From assembly GCA_965649765.1 (NCBI GenBank), contig OZ287752.1, forward strand, positions 52,576,001-52,640,000: a DNA stretch of 64,000 nt, written 5' to 3'. Source of the DNA: Bispira polyomma (lineage: Eukaryota). A program made the translations under genes and the position numbers. The notes beneath the pieces are model-generated. The model did not search any database and was not told the DNA's origin. It saw nothing but the letters and a program-made list of their open reading frames with translations. Shown one piece after another: positions 22,404 through 36,949 of the stretch (positions are counted from its first letter, which is position 1; each line of letters begins with the position of its first letter).

Positions 22404-25397
22404 GGCAGGTACACTGCAACCAATGATGTCGTCTATATAATTTATGACCTTATGACCTTGTGACATCATGATAAACTGAATGGTGTCACTGAGCCTTTGA
22501 AAAATGGCACTTCCTAGGCGATAGCCAAACAGAAGGCACCTGTCAATGTAGTAGTCATTGAGTTGTAAACCTAACAAATCATAGATCGATCTTTACGTGT
22601 CTAAAAGCAGGACTAATCACTAGTTTATACAGCAAAGCTCCCTTACATAACTTGACCACATTTCGAGTGATGTCATCAACTGTGGGAAGCATGAGAATCC
22701 AGGTACTTATCTCTATTTATAGCCGAGTTGACTGCACGTGCTTGTGGACAACATGAATCGATAATTACTCTTCTATATTTAGCATCTGGTTTTGGCCGAG
22801 TGATGAAGGGGGAAATGTGCAAATCGGATAATGGAGGTTCTTTAAACGGGCCCATAATTGCCCCGAAATCTTTCTCTTCTTTACGATATGCTTTTACGTC
22901 ACCCTCGAATAGGGTGGCAGAGCTAAGTCTAAGAGAAAACCAAATTTTATTAACTGTATTGACTATCTCAGTAGTCGCTCAGAAACATTTCCCATTCATT
23001 TACATGTAATTCAGAAACAACTGGTATCTAGGCACCTAAGAAATTTGGACATTTTTCCTTTTTTACATTTTTATGCAACTCAGGTGGATCGCCTAAGTGT
23101 GAACTAGGCTTTACCACATCAGGAATATTCAAGTCACCCAGGGGAATAAAACCAAATTTCTCCTTATTTTGGTTATTCCATTTTTTGAATAGGGGATTGT
23201 CCTCTGCCTTTGCAATTACCTCCCTGTGTTTTCTTTTTACCTGGAGTTGTAACTCGTATTTATCCTCCAATTGATTGTTTCGGGCATTTTTCACCGAGTC
23301 AACAGGTTTACTGTTTGCACTGGAGGTGTCACTTTTAGAATAATCTTGCAATGGTGCGAATCTATTTTGGCAACTAATGTTGTCTTTGTTTACCACCCCA
23401 CGTCCCCATGTTTTGATAGAGATTACCTGGGAGTGAGGGGGACATTGGTTGTCTTGGCTTCTCACACGATCTTTTGGGGTGTGACCTTTTGACACATTCA
23501 CATAATCATCTAAATACCTGAAACTGTATACATTATGAACTGAAGTATTTATATACACTTTGTTATTGATGCCTGAGCGACAATTGGAGGGAATTTTCTG
23601 GCTACAATCTGTACTCCCTCTACCAACACCATTTTTACCTTGGGTACCCATATTTTGTTTAACTACTTGGGCGTATGATTTATTCACAAACATGGCCCAG
23701 TAAGCCCTCCAGTTGTCACTTACTTGGTTTTTGACATTTACATTATGTACAGTTCTACCATTACAATACTGAGATTGATTTTAATATATACAGCAATATT
23801 ACAGTTAGAGTTTCTGATATCACGTTTTGGCACTGCTGTACTGCAGTGCCTTACTCGTTTTTTGCACTAGTTTGCTCAGAAATCTTGCTAGTTTTGTTTC
23901 TGTGGCAGTCTTTCAAGGCATGAGAAAACGATTTTCCAAAAGTTATACAAGTGGCACAAATGTGCAAATACATTTGCCCTTTGGTGTCATGATCCACTTT
24001 GTGAGGACATGAACCTTTTTGAAAATATCTACAAAGGACTCCCTTATCTTTTTGAGCTCTATTTGAACTTTAGTGAGCCGAATTACTTGTGTTATTGACT
24101 ACTTTCTGGGCATGGACCCTTCTAATTCCATCTATTTTCACTGTCTCATCCCACGAAACTTTACCCTCTTCCATTCAACATAACAAGACTGCATGACTGC
24201 CTTTTGCAGCTGTCCACAAAAAATCATTACAGTCCTCCATCAGATCTTGGGCATAATCTAGCATTGAATTTTTAATATCAACGTTATTTTCGTCCATGAC
24301 TATTGCACAGAATCGAGAAACCCACTGGGCCATAGACAGGCTGTCGTAGGTGGTACGTAATTTTGTGCCCCCTCCCCCCCCCCCTCCCCCAAGAATGTGG
24401 TTTTGAGGCCAGGCAACCTGGCGTTTTACCCAGACCGTGTTGGCTCCACCCCTTTGGGACTTAAAATTACCTTTATCATTTAGTCCCGCTAGATCACGAA
24501 GCCTGGAATCCACTGCGTGCTGTAGGTATTCTGACATCTTCAGTGTTGTCAGTGAGGGACCAGTGTCTTCTTCTACAGTCGGGACAGGGGTAAGTTGAGC
24601 AAGCATCGCCAGAACCATCACAGGTACAGGAGGCAGCGCCAACGTGGCCATGGCTACAGGAAAGTTAATATGTTCTCTGATTGCTCCACACGTTTTTCTA
24701 TGGCAAACATTCGCCCAGTTAGTCCTTTTAATTACTCTAATATGCGTAGATTTATCGACGCACTAGAAGTGTCACTTTGTTCACTGTTCACAGGCTGATT
24801 CACATATGGACAATTGTCATTAATTCTTTTTTTATGACTTGTTTTACAAGCTTGACAGTCATAGTTCGCACGGGGTGCCATTTTCTCTGTAAAATATAAG
24901 CACAAGATGCTTTGGTATATGCGGATCTTAGGCTGAGGTTGTAAACGTTTTAGAAATAAATATAAGTAAATTTTAAATAGAAATAATAACAGCCCTAAAC
25001 TGTAAGAGTAAAATTTGCATATGTCAAAGCAGTTTTAACAAAACACTCCAGTCAGGTGCCAGCAAGTCACTTTCTATTCCAAACAGCATTCATTCCATCA
25101 CTGTAACACATATGAAGACTCGGTTATATATAAAACCATAAAAAATATGTAAAGTACAAAAGTTATGTAAACAATAAAAACAAATGAATAAAGATTTGAA
25201 AATTTCTAAAATGGCGTTCTGACCTTCCAAATTCTTAATTTAAAGTGATGTTCTATAGCTTTTGACGGGAAAGGGTCAGAGAATGTAGGCCAACTGCCAT
25301 CCAATCAACGATTTAAGGTCACTTAACCAGTATAGCTTTGTTAAGACAGTTTAGGGTCAGCACTGAACTCACTACCCCCGATGGGTCTACCTAGCAT
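22404..25397 (-). mobile_element. YR retrotransposon copy E2 (5' end, ORF1 24881-23851, RT truncated after YIDD)
   Basis: ORF1 motifs FKSQRGG, SMAQWV, AKGSHAVLL; RT motifs RRVIID, FQRLSD, VINYIDD; shared 5' motif. Confidence 0.88.
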
Positions 25398-25849
25398 AGC
25401 TGTTGTTAGAACTGGTACAAACTGACCCCTCTGTGGTCGTGCTAGGCACATTTCAAGTGATTCTCGAAGACAATATAATATTCATTTAAATTAGAAACCA
25501 TTCCTCACCATTGAATAAAAAATAGCAGTAATAAAGAAAGGTCTAGAAATACCAAGGCACTAAGCTCTAAACATGCTACATCTCCAAAAGACCATAATAA
25601 GATATTAAAGCAAATATGTGTACATATAAGGTAATATTTGATCGAATTTTCAACGTACTTGGGTTTAGTTGTTGACACTTCAAATAGCATATTCAATATT
25701 GGGTATTTTTAGTTAGATGTGATGGTAAAAAGGTATTGAAACAGTAAATTTGAAGTTTAATTTTGTACATATTAGCATATATATTTACATTATATTACAT
25801 GGTAGTTAAAATAAATGCTTAGAAACTTCCAATTTGTAAATTTTCTCAA

Positions 25850-27640
25850 ACCCCAAGCAAAACTAAATGGAAGAAGGGATAGTTGCAACAAATGTAAGTG
25901 GTACTACATAGGCAGCTTGAGAGGATTTTTGTAAGTATGCCCATACTGATGATGACCTCCATAGGGGAAGCCATAAGAGCTATATTGGATACCTATGTGT
26001 TGTGTCAGTTTTTGCAGACCTCATCTGATGTGAGAATCTTAGGACAGCAATAGTTCTGCCATGTAGTTACCAAAAGCTCCAGGTGACAGTTGGTTTAGTA
26101 TAAAGTATGATACAAAGACAATGACTGAGTGTACAGTTATTAACCCTGGCCCAGGCTGAAGACATCAACTATTGGCTTAGGCTGGTGGCATCTGTAATTA
26201 GATGTATCAATTTAGGTTGAATTATTCAATGGGTACTGCTTTTCATATAAAATTGTCTGAGAGATTGGACTACAAGATTTTTTGGTGGTTCACTAGAATA
26301 TGTCTATTTTCTAGTTTTATATCATGGGTAGCTGTAATCAACCAAATATTCCTTAAACATGAAGGTAGGAATGTATCTTTTTTTCTGTATGTGTTCCGAC
26401 AACTAGAACCATGCCATGTTATTACAATTGATGCTAACCATATTATGTTTCCATGATTTGGCCAATAAGCGTAATGCTACAATGATATTTAGCATCTTCA
26501 GATGTACAATCGTGAGTTTAATTAGATTATAAAAAGGGGTTGATCGTGTTATGATCTTTGTAATTTACTCCATTAAATTTTGTCATCAATAGGATAAACC
26601 ATTGCAAATTATTCTTCATGTCTTCTGTGACCTTAAATCGTTTGCTGTTGTGTTTTTCTCTGAATGCTGCCAGTAATCTATGAGCGAAGATGCTGGAGTT
26701 ACACACTTATGTATATACACCGGTCAAAATAAAATAGGACTCAGTCATATAAATGTAGGTAATTTCAAATGTGTGGAACATTTTAATTAATATATAATTA
26801 TTGCATTATGTACAAATACATATCAAAACAATTAAAATTGTCCACACTTTTGAAATTACCACCATTTATGTCTGAGTCCTATTTTATTTTGACCGGTGTA
26901 TATAGCAATTTTCCAAGTAGTGATTGGAACTAGTTTTTACGTATATATTTTCTGCCTTTGGCATCATTACATGATTCATACTATTCTTTTAACTTATCCT
27001 GTTAAATGCTGCTTGTACCTTTGTTAAAGTAAAAATCTATCCCAGAAAGAGAGGAGGTGGGTGCTTAACAGCATTCATAGGCAGACCTAGTTCCGCAAAC
27101 AATGTGTGCAGCATTGCAAAGCCTTGTTTTGGGGTATTATGTAATCATCAATATATCCCAACATGTTAAAGCCTTACAGAACAGAATAGTGATTTTGGAT
27201 ATTAGTGTTTTAACATCCTCACGATTGCTTAACGACAGAGGGAAACCAAATTTGATATACTGTAATAATAATTCATCTGGGTAATCTCTAAGCATTGTTT
27301 CCCAAGCCTTGAAGTTGAGGCTTGAGCCCTCAGGTATTCTAGCCAGCTTATAATTTTCAAGACCAGTTTCCCTAAGTATTTGTGTAATTTGTAAAATGTT
27401 TAAAACTAAATTGATTACTATGGGCAGCCTGTCAATTCCCTGGAATTGAAACTTAGTGGGCGAAAGAGAAATAAACCCTACTTCATTTTTTTTGTCATTG
27501 ATGTCAGTGAATTCATCGATCAGTGCAACGTCTTTTTTGTCAGAAAGTGACGGACGAATGTACAAGTTACCTGTATTGGTGATCTGGTTCACCTTTGCTG
27601 TCAGTATTTTGACTGCCTTTGCTGCTGACATACAATACAG
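25850..27640 (-). mobile_element. YR retrotransposon copy E3 (heavily deleted)
   Basis: LLQYIKFGFPLSL (pre-RT), CLRNIWLITATHDIKL (RNase H), LWRSSSVWAYLQK (YR C-terminus). Confidence 0.75.
26718..26898. mobile_element. Tc1/mariner-type MITE inserted in E3
   Basis: Long TIRs beginning CACCGGTCAAAATAAAATAGGACTCAG, flanked by TA on both sides. Confidence 0.85.
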
Positions 27641-29213
27641 AATTAATCACTACTTTATCCTTATAACAATCATTCATCAACGTATCAATTACTTGTACCA
27701 TAAGCTGTGTATAGTCTTTGTCATACTTATTTCTAAAATTTGTATTGTAAGAAACACATGTTTACCTGATTTTATTCGTCCTTAGATCTAAATGCATTTT
27801 TTTTTGGTGTCAGTGTTAAGCACTTCAATAGCATGTATTTATTACTGTACACTGTTAATTCTGTATATGTACATACAAATAAGGTTAAAAATAGATCAAT
27901 TTGAAAATATATACAATAATTTTTTAAAGACCCAACACATATGTGATAATCATCAATATAACATGAGGACATCAGAACCTTTTAAGGACTAGCCATACAA
28001 CAAAATAAAGACAGCGTATTGGTATACCCAATCCCTAATCACTGAGTTAGAAGAACTTGCAATTTCCTCCAGTATCAACGTTTTCATATCAATATAATGA
28101 TAGCTCCCTATAGCGAACATTCATAATAAACATATCAAGGTCCCTTTATAGTCAACATGCCTCTGATAACTTATAGTCATATGAAACAATCCTTTTGCTC
28201 AGTGAAGCCAGCATAACTGAGCTTAAATCAGAACCCGAAACTTGAGGCACCTAGTCGCCTAGCAGTGGCAGGTCTCAGAGCTCCTACGCCTTACCGGTAG
28301 CCCACACCAGAGGATAGTTTATGTTGAGGGACCGGACTTCACACAGTTACAGGTTAAATTCATGCGTCAGCTATATGCATAATGCTTGTATGAATGATAA
28401 TTGGAAAAATTAATCCCAATGCTCTCTAAATTTTCTTTAAAGTTCATTTATTACTGGTTCTAGTGAAATTTACATATTCTTATAAACCCGTCATAAAGTG
28501 CAGCCTACGTCTGTTATAACAGGCATAAATCAGGCATAAATTATAATATTTTATCCATAAGTTTGTTGTGGAAAAGGGGAAGTAGGTGGAAAATGTCTGT
28601 GTTTAAAATGGCAGACCCCAACCTACCAAGGGTGAATTTCTAGAGAGCAAGTACAGTGATTGGCTCAGGTAGAACGGATTGAACTAAAGTGTCAAATCTG
28701 CCACTAGAGATTAAAATAAGAAAAATAAGTAGTAAAACTATGGTTTGAGGTATTTAGTACTGTACATTGTTTAATTATGTATATGTATATACAAACAGGG
28801 TTAAAATAGATCAGTTTTAAAATATATGCAATAATAATCAATATAAGACCCAAGCCAAACTAAGAAAAGTGTCGGATAGGGGAGACAAAGGTAAATGAGA
28901 CTGCAGAAATAGCTTTGGAATTTTTCTGTAAGTAAGACCATATGACTGAGGAACGGCAGATGCTGTGTGCCAATATATTCTGCGGTGAGATGTTCTTATT
29001 AAAGGCATAGGTGGCACCTGATGTTATAAAGGTGTGAAAATTGTGTGCCCTTTGTGGTATCCCCACATGGGAGAGGACTGTAGCCAGAGCTGATCTAACG
29101 TGTCCACTATAAAGTGATGAGGTATTCAACCCCCACAAACAGTGATGAATCCACACCTAATGGCCTTTAAAAATGAGGGACAGGTGATAAATCTCTAAAT
29201 TTTATTTCGTGTA

Positions 29214-30764
29214 ACTTTTCCACTGTGAAGATCGATGGGGAGCAACCCAAATTTTGTCATAATCCTAGTGATCCAGGGGACCAAAGATCTTATTCAGGAA
29301 GTTTCTGAACATGTTCAGAAAATTCCCCAATTTGAGATTTTACCCCCCCCCCTCCCCCTCTGCAACCGGTTAATGCTACCCCTGTTAATGTTGTTGTACG
29401 TAGAGTACTCGGGTGTATTCCCCCCCCCCCCACCCCTAGAAAAATCAAAGTACAATCCTGATTGACCAGACTAAGTAGAGGTGGCTTCCGGATTAATCAT
29501 CCTGAAACCCCAATTATCCACCGCGTTTGTAAAGATTAACCTGGGTAGCCTCCCCCGATTGTTAGGATTATTTGGCATGGCACCCCGATGGGGTGGTTAT
29601 GTCTGATGTGCATAAATAGAGGTACGCTGGCCAGGTTTACCTCATTCAATCTTCACATTTTCATGAGTCTGCATATAAGTGCTTGCCTTTTTTACAGATA
29701 TTACCTTTATTGTTGTTTTTTTTTGGATTTGAGAAAATATTATTGATACTTTGAAAATGCCACTAAAGGGGAGAAAAGGCAAAGGCAAGAAGATGAGGAT
29801 GGCCCTACCTGCTGATGAGGCAGAGTCCAGGTTTCATATGGGAGTTTCACTTCAGTAGAAGAGGGGAGAGAGGAGGTTTCACAGGAGGATCAGAAAACAC
29901 CACCACCAGAGAGTGTGGGGATTGTGGGGAGGGAAGAAGAAGCAGAGAGGCCCTGGGAAAGAGAATGAGTACCCAAATCTGTCTCAGACAAGTCCAGGGG
30001 AAAGGTGACATCTAGATACGACATTCCACCACTACTACCATAGAACTGGCCACAGAAATGGATGGCATCAGCGCCACTTCCGACACACTGCCCTAGACCT
30101 CCAGAATACCTTCACCACAAAAGAGTGCGGTCAGCCCCTTCCGTTTCTCCGACATCGCATCAGTGAACCCAGACGTTCACCACCAGTCCTCCTTGTCTGT
30201 GTACCTTGGAGAGACCACAGGAGGACTACAGGAGGAGACTACCCAACCCTAAATATGCCTCGGCCAATAATAGAGGAGGGTGATGACCGCCAACCTACCA
30301 CGACAGCTAAAGCAACTCCCACTTCCGACACACCGCCTGAGAACTCACGAAAAAAAGTTCAAGTTTCTGGATCATGCAAAAAACACTTCTTTTATGCCCA
30401 AACAGAGGATTATCTAATGAAAATCAGTGACACCCCGACTTTAAAGTCACTATGGGTGATCTTTACAATCGGGGTGGCCACTAATGGTGATCAGAGAGGG
30501 TGAGATGGTTAATCTGGTTGTCGAACCCCTGGGGCCCCTGTTAAACGAGGCAATCATACTGGAATCGTACTGGAATCGTTGTGTCCCTAACGATCACCTG
30601 GGGTGTAGCCCCAGACAGTCAGGGTCATTTTTAATAATTTAAAGTATTTCCTGTCCTAGTTTATAATCGGTGTATCACGGCAGCTGGTCTCTAGGATTCA
30701 GCAGGGTGCCACTAAGATCGTAAAAATTGGGGCTGCTTCCGATCGATCTTCACAGTGGAACAGC
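29214..30764 (+). mobile_element. Internally deleted PIF/Harbinger-type DNA transposon inserted in the E4 recombinase
   Basis: TIRs with perfect core TTCCACTGTGAAGATCGAT; internal basic N-terminal ORF start (MPLKGRKGKGKKMR, ATG 29757) resembling the accessory ORF at 56417; no transposase. Confidence 0.75.
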
Positions 30765-32238
30765 TACATTAGGAAGTGGCCTGAATGATAATGTATGGCA
30801 CAGACTTCTAGTGAACATTGAAATTGTGTTATTTTCAAAAGTGTTTATATCCTAATATAACTTATTGGCAATATGCTTCATGGCTGCTAAATAGTTATTA
30901 TATCATATTATTATCATATTAGGTGAGGACCCTGTCTGAACTAGATACTCAAGAAAGTGTGTATGTGTGTATCTGAGTGATGTAAAAAGTGCCTGAAATT
31001 ACAAAGTCATTTCAAAGTTATGGTATAGTATTGATATCTGGTGCCAAATACAAGTGTCCCTTAAGATCTCAACCTGTTCCCTTGAGAGGGGTGGTCCGAA
31101 AATAATCTGGAAAGTAATTCTGCTATCATATTGTCTTTTGTAATATGTTGGATTTCAATTGTGATGCCATACATAGCTGAGATCAGCCAGATTTTTCTGA
31201 TACAAAGAGATAGGAATTCATCTTTTGTTTTGTTTGACCTAACTACCAGGACCACTGCCACATTATCGCAGTTCATAACATAACTCTTATGACTCGGTGC
31301 TCACCCAGACGTGTTATGTTAACAGAATATTTAACATTTCAATGTGAACGATAGTCAAAGTGCACCCCTATATGTTATATAGAGGTGATGTATATACCTG
31401 GTTCATGCAAACAGTGCCTAAGCCGGTAAGGCAGGCATCAATAAAAACCTCATTTTTATGTCTAACAGTAATTGGTTTTAAAAATGTGATTCCATTATAA
31501 CTAGGCAAGAATTTTGCAAATCATAATAAATCTGTTTTAATTTCTATCGACATTTTTAAATGCTTTGCTTGACTTTTTCCTCAAGGTCATAAGTTGCCTA
31601 TTAATGGAAATACGAGCAGGCTTCACACATTTATGGATGTACAGATGTTTGCTGAGTATGTATTGGAATTTCGTTCTAGAAATCCATTGTTTGCTATCGA
31701 GGCATGTTTCATAAATTTCCTAAATTTTGTCTTTAGTAATACTGATAATGCCATCGTCTATGTCAATATAAATTTCTTCTGGATTGAGCTGTAAATCCAG
31801 GTTTGTGACTAACCTTTATAATTCTTCAAACGCGACATCCACCTCACGCGACGTCAATACTCTTACGTAATTGTCTATGTAACAGAATACTGTATGTTTG
31901 AGCTTTTTCATAGTGTGGGCTATGACATCAGAGCAACGCTAAAAGGCAGCTGAGCCATGGACCCAGCAAAATGCTACCACAGGGTCCACATACTTATTAC
32001 CCTCCAAACAAATGCCTAATTTCATTGAGTCCGCCTCGATTGCGGAATGCCCGCTACGTCTAGTTTGAAAAGTTTTGGACAATCTCTTTACTGTATCATC
32101 AATGGTAGGAAATCTGAGTGCAAAGTTAATGCCATGGAACTGCTGTCTGTTGACATCGTAATAAACCAAATCGCATTGTGGGTATGTCAAATTAACAATA
32201 ATGTGGTGTCCGGAAGTCTCCTTAGATCGGGTGAGCAG

Positions 32239-32570
32239 TGGAAAATAGTTAAATGATTGACTATGTATGACAGTTGGTGTACCCAGCATCACCTGCACTG
32301 TTTTTCTTTGTCACGGTATTGATTAATGATTGGCTTATGCTACAGAGCATGGAAAATAGTTAAATGATTGACTATGTGTGGCAGTTGGTGTACCCAGCAT
32401 CACCTGCACTGTTTTTCTTTGTCGCGGTATTGATTAATGATGGGCTTATGCTACAGAGCATGGAAAATAGTTAAATGATTGACTATGTATGACAGTTGGT
32501 GTAACCAGCATCACCTGCACTGTTTTTCTTTGTCACGGTATTGATTAATGATTGACTTATGCTACAGAGC
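32239..32570. repeat. Tandem triplication of a 111-bp unit inside E4 ORF2
   Basis: Units start at 32239, 32350 and 32461 and differ by a few substitutions. Confidence 0.95.
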
Positions 32571-34990
32571 AGAGTGATGATTAGCTACTTCTTTAGTGCC
32601 CAAAGTATGGGTATGTTGGAGTGAGAGCGGAAACCAAACTTAATGTATTGTAACAGCAATTCATCAGGATGTTTTCCCAAGCTTTGATGTTTAAACTTGA
32701 TATTAAGGGAAAAGTGCCCCCCTGTAATTGGGACATCCCGTGTCCAATATAAGTTGAGCTATTTCTGACATTTGTTGAATAGAAGTATTGGGAGCTCTGT
32801 TGGGGTCAGAGAATGTAATTTGTGTTTCTCATAATACCAAGAAACTTTTTTGTGAGAAGTTAATGTCCTTATCTGCAATGATAGCACCTGCAGTGTTTTG
32901 AATGGCAGTATGATGTAAATCAGAGGAGAATTTGCACAATGAAACTTTGCTTTTAGTGCACAATCTAACTTCAGTGGCCTTTTTAGGCCAAGAGTCCGTT
33001 ACTTCGGACTCCCTGATACAACTTTCATTTCTGAAAATTCATCAAAAATATTTAACACATTCCGTGTAATCTACATTATACTTCTGTTTACAAATATCAT
33101 CTTTTTGGTAATTATCTTAAGCCATTTAAATAGCCCTATCAGCCAAAATTTCTATCTCAACTGCTATATTCTTATGAATTTGGTCCAATGTCAACCATCT
33201 CTCAACAAAGTTGTTTATAACTATTTCACCTGAAAGTGGGTGGTGACATCCATAGTAGCCCTCAGGGCCCCATTACCTATCCCCCTGAATATTAAACCTG
33301 ACAAGTGGTTATGCTTGCTTTGTATGTTTCATACGGGCCAACTGTCAGTTCAAATGGTGTTTCTTATAAAACCAGTTGGTAGTAGAAATCCTAACATTGA
33401 TTCCATTTCTCAATAGGCTCGTGGACAACTTTCTGTCGCCAATGCTCATTTTCCTATTCTGATAATTGTCCCCCACTAATTTCTCAGTGTGAGCGTTAAC
33501 GACAACTCCATGTCCACCACGTACATAACTGTCATTATTACAAAAATAAGGGTTGCAGTTGTACTTACTGTTGATGGTATCTATCCCAGATGCAATCATA
33601 TTATTCTTAGCCATCATTCCCTTGTGAGATTCCCTTAAACTCTCACTATTATTCACAATGCAGCTCTTATTGACATTAGTACTGAAAGTATCTATTAGTA
33701 CAACACCCTGTACTGGGTCAGTAGTATATATTTTGTCCTCAGCAACCCTCGTTTATCATTGTCAACATTACTTGTCTTGTTTTATTTCCTGATACATTAT
33801 TGGTTTTATTTACTGTTTTAATTAAATCTGTATGTAAATATGATTTGTATTGATTTTTGTACTATACTTATAGTTGCAAGCTTACATTCTTTGTCTCTTA
33901 CTTTACAGTTACTGACACTAATCAAAAATCTGTTCTCAGCACATTGGCCCCTAGTCTATGTCTCTGGTAGGTCACCTTCGTATTTACTGGGGTTAAGCCC
34001 CGACCCGATGCGTTTGCTTTGTAGCATTTAAACTCTGGGTGCCGGGAGTCCTCACACGTGTTTGTATCGGTCATGGTCAGTCTTATGAGAGCATTTGCCT
34101 GAATTAAACATTTTACAAATAACTTTTTTATCTTGTGTAGTTTGTGGGTTGTTGGCCGGGATGGTTCCCTTCTTCGAGTTGACGATTGCAAGCTGAGAGG
34201 CACTAAGCCTGTTAAGGGCCCACTGAGTAGTGTATAGTGCTCCAGGACAGGAGACCTTCCTCGATCTCAGTCATGTTGAGAGCCAAAGCGGTTGAACCAC
34301 CTCCCATGGAAGAGACGAGGCATCCCGTAGCGAGAGGACCACCTGTTGTATCATGTTGTGTGAAAGAGCAGGGTCCGTGGGTTACTGATTGGTATTTCTG
34401 TGGAGTTAAACAGACCGGACTTTTGTCCAAGTGCGGCCTTACCTTGTGTGAATACTGCTTGTGCCTGCAAGTTATATTTTGCAAGTCTTTGGTTGACGAT
34501 AGCTTGGATGTCTGGAAGCACCTCAGGCCTGGGGACGATGACATTCTGTGCCGATTTGGTGCCCGACCTTGCCGATTTAGCAACGTTGTGGAGGAAATGG
34601 GTCTGTGGAAGAGCACATGCGGCTTGTGGGTTGAAAAACAGGTTCACCTTGGCCAGAGCTTTAAGCGCATTCAGTTGAGGTGATGCCGTTGAAGTGGTAG
34701 GATCTCTGGCTTCCACTCTGTCTAGGTGCAGTGCCAGGGAGATGTTGGATTGCTCGAGTCATCGCAAAATGTCCAGCATTTCTGAATCTTCATTGTCTGA
34801 AAAAGCTGGTTTTGTGGGAAGGTGATTCACTTGCTGTTGGGCTGCATTAATTCTGGCTAAAGCTTGAGTTATCTGAATGGCACCGCTAGCTGTCTGTATA
34901 TGGGTGTGGCTTTTACACAAGAAAGACCGTTAGGAAGCTGGAATCTGGTCAGTGACTAAGCTATCATCCATATAAAAGTTTGATACCTCA

Positions 34991-35660
34991 AGCTGCTGTC
35001 ACACTATCTCGACCAATCGGGAGGAGACCCCGATAATGCGGTCGAAAGCAATCTTAAGCATTTTGCCACAATTTTGAAAAAATGGCAGGAAATTTTACGT
35101 GCTACGACTATAATCGTAATGGTTCCCGATTGTAAAGATAGGTCAAGAGCAAGGCCGGATCGATCAGGACAGATCAGGAATCTCACCAAAAAAATCCTCC
35201 CAATTGACAAAGATAAGTCGGGACAACATGTTACGATCATAAAGATAGGATGTTGTCATCCTTGATAGGTTGTTGTCATCCTTGATAGGTAGGTACCTCG
35301 CTCCTGATAGGTCTGTACCTCGATCCCGATTACTCGCTACCTCAAAGACATAGATCTTGCAATTTTGCAATCGGGAGACGTACGGAACCTCGTTATTCGC
35401 CTCCAAAACCTATATATAGGGGTATAGCACACAAATCCATACAATTTTTATTGAGAAGTCAACTGAGCATCATGATACCTCAAAGAATTATAGATATTGC
35501 CAAAATTCTACAAGCTTTGTTAGCATTTATCGAATCCAACTACTTGCACTTACACATTTTTCAAGATCAAAAAAGAAGAAGAAGACAAAATGTCATGCCG
35601 GCACAGAATCAGAATCAAGCTAATAATGTCGGGATCAGAAGATGGATGCAACCATGGATA
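34991..35660 (+). mobile_element. Harbinger end fragment with transposase N-terminus
   Basis: Starts AGCTGCTGTCACAC; CpG-rich subterminal region and TATATATAGGG as at ~59145; ORF with RRWMQPWI like HWVKPWI in the 59087 transposase. Confidence 0.55.
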
Positions 35661-36949
35661 AAGGTCAGTGGCAACCTTTGTGTGGTCAAAGTGATCTATC
35701 AGACCCCAGTTGTGTCATGCTGTGCAAACCATTTGGTTTAAATACAATCAGATAAAATTTGTGGTGACAGTGACTACATTCAAGTCCTGGAAGCAAAAAC
35801 ATTTCACCAGGCCAATATATACTATCGGTAATTATCTTCCTGTAATAATGTCCATATGCCACCAATTAGTGGTGGAAACTGTTGATTTATCCCATTACCA
35901 ATTCCTATGGTCACTGTCACAACAATACATTTTTTGTCAAGATTGTTAGCGCCGGTACCCTTGTGCTCAGAGTTGTACCAACAGTCCCCAGTTGAGATAA
36001 TTTGGAATAAAAGTCAAAGTTGTGTAAGCAAGGTCAAGGTGTGTAATTTATGTGAGGTAAGTTTTGACGAAATAGGTAATAAAATATTTCACTTTGGGGT
36101 TTTATTTTTTACAAGTTAGTAGGCAAAAAGGTAAAATGCTAAAAAAATTGTTTAAACATTGAGAGTTTTAAAGCCCCAGTTAGGCATAACTAACAATAGT
36201 AAAAACAAAAGGTCTAGCCATAATAAAATAAAAGGAATAAAATAAAAAGCCAAATAAACCATTAATATCAATGTTACATAGACAATAGCCAGTTCATCAC
36301 TGATATATCATCACATAGTTATAATTAGCAACATTTATACGTATAATGCAAGTATCATAATATAATTCATCACTCAAATGATGACCATCGTTTACAATTC
36401 TATCAATTCCATTAAAACGTTTAAACATTAAAATCATTGAAATATCATCATTAGCAGTGTGCTACAATAGTTAAGCAATTTCTTGTTCCCTATTGGGTCA
36501 TGGTAAACCTCCCATGATTAGCCCATAAATGGTGGTTTCCATGTCACCTGTATCTTCTACATTAGAGTGATTTAGAGCCCATAAACGTACCATAAATCCA
36601 TTTGAAATTTTACATTCTTTGGTTCCCCGCATTGCTAAGCAAATAACAACATATATATAACATTAAGATGGACATTTTTACACATTACTGAGTCCTGGTC
36701 TTATTAATGGCATGGACAATCAACAGGAAAAACTTAAGTCCTAGTCTTAGTCTTAGTATTGACATGGATAACTAAAGTTTTTGACTAAAGCAATTCAAAA
36801 TAGGCTGTTTTGAGCAATCCCTGGCTTGTGACACCGAATCGTAAATGCAACGCTATCAAATTTCTGTCGAACTTATAATTCAGCAAATCCCTATATGGGT
36901 GAGATAACTTCAAAATTACATGACGTTTGTGAGTGTCTTTTGGGCTTGT

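Larger units (their letters stand above)
27830..34980 (-). mobile_element. YR retrotransposon copy E4 (divergent subfamily, interrupted)
   Basis: ORF1 remnant ~33950-34900, RT (LRFPTIDD, FCWVHGSAAF), RNase H (CDNVAVV, NMIAELLSR), YR (FHTFITSGAT, RSSVIWSYL); split direct repeat downstream of the YR. Confidence 0.8.
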
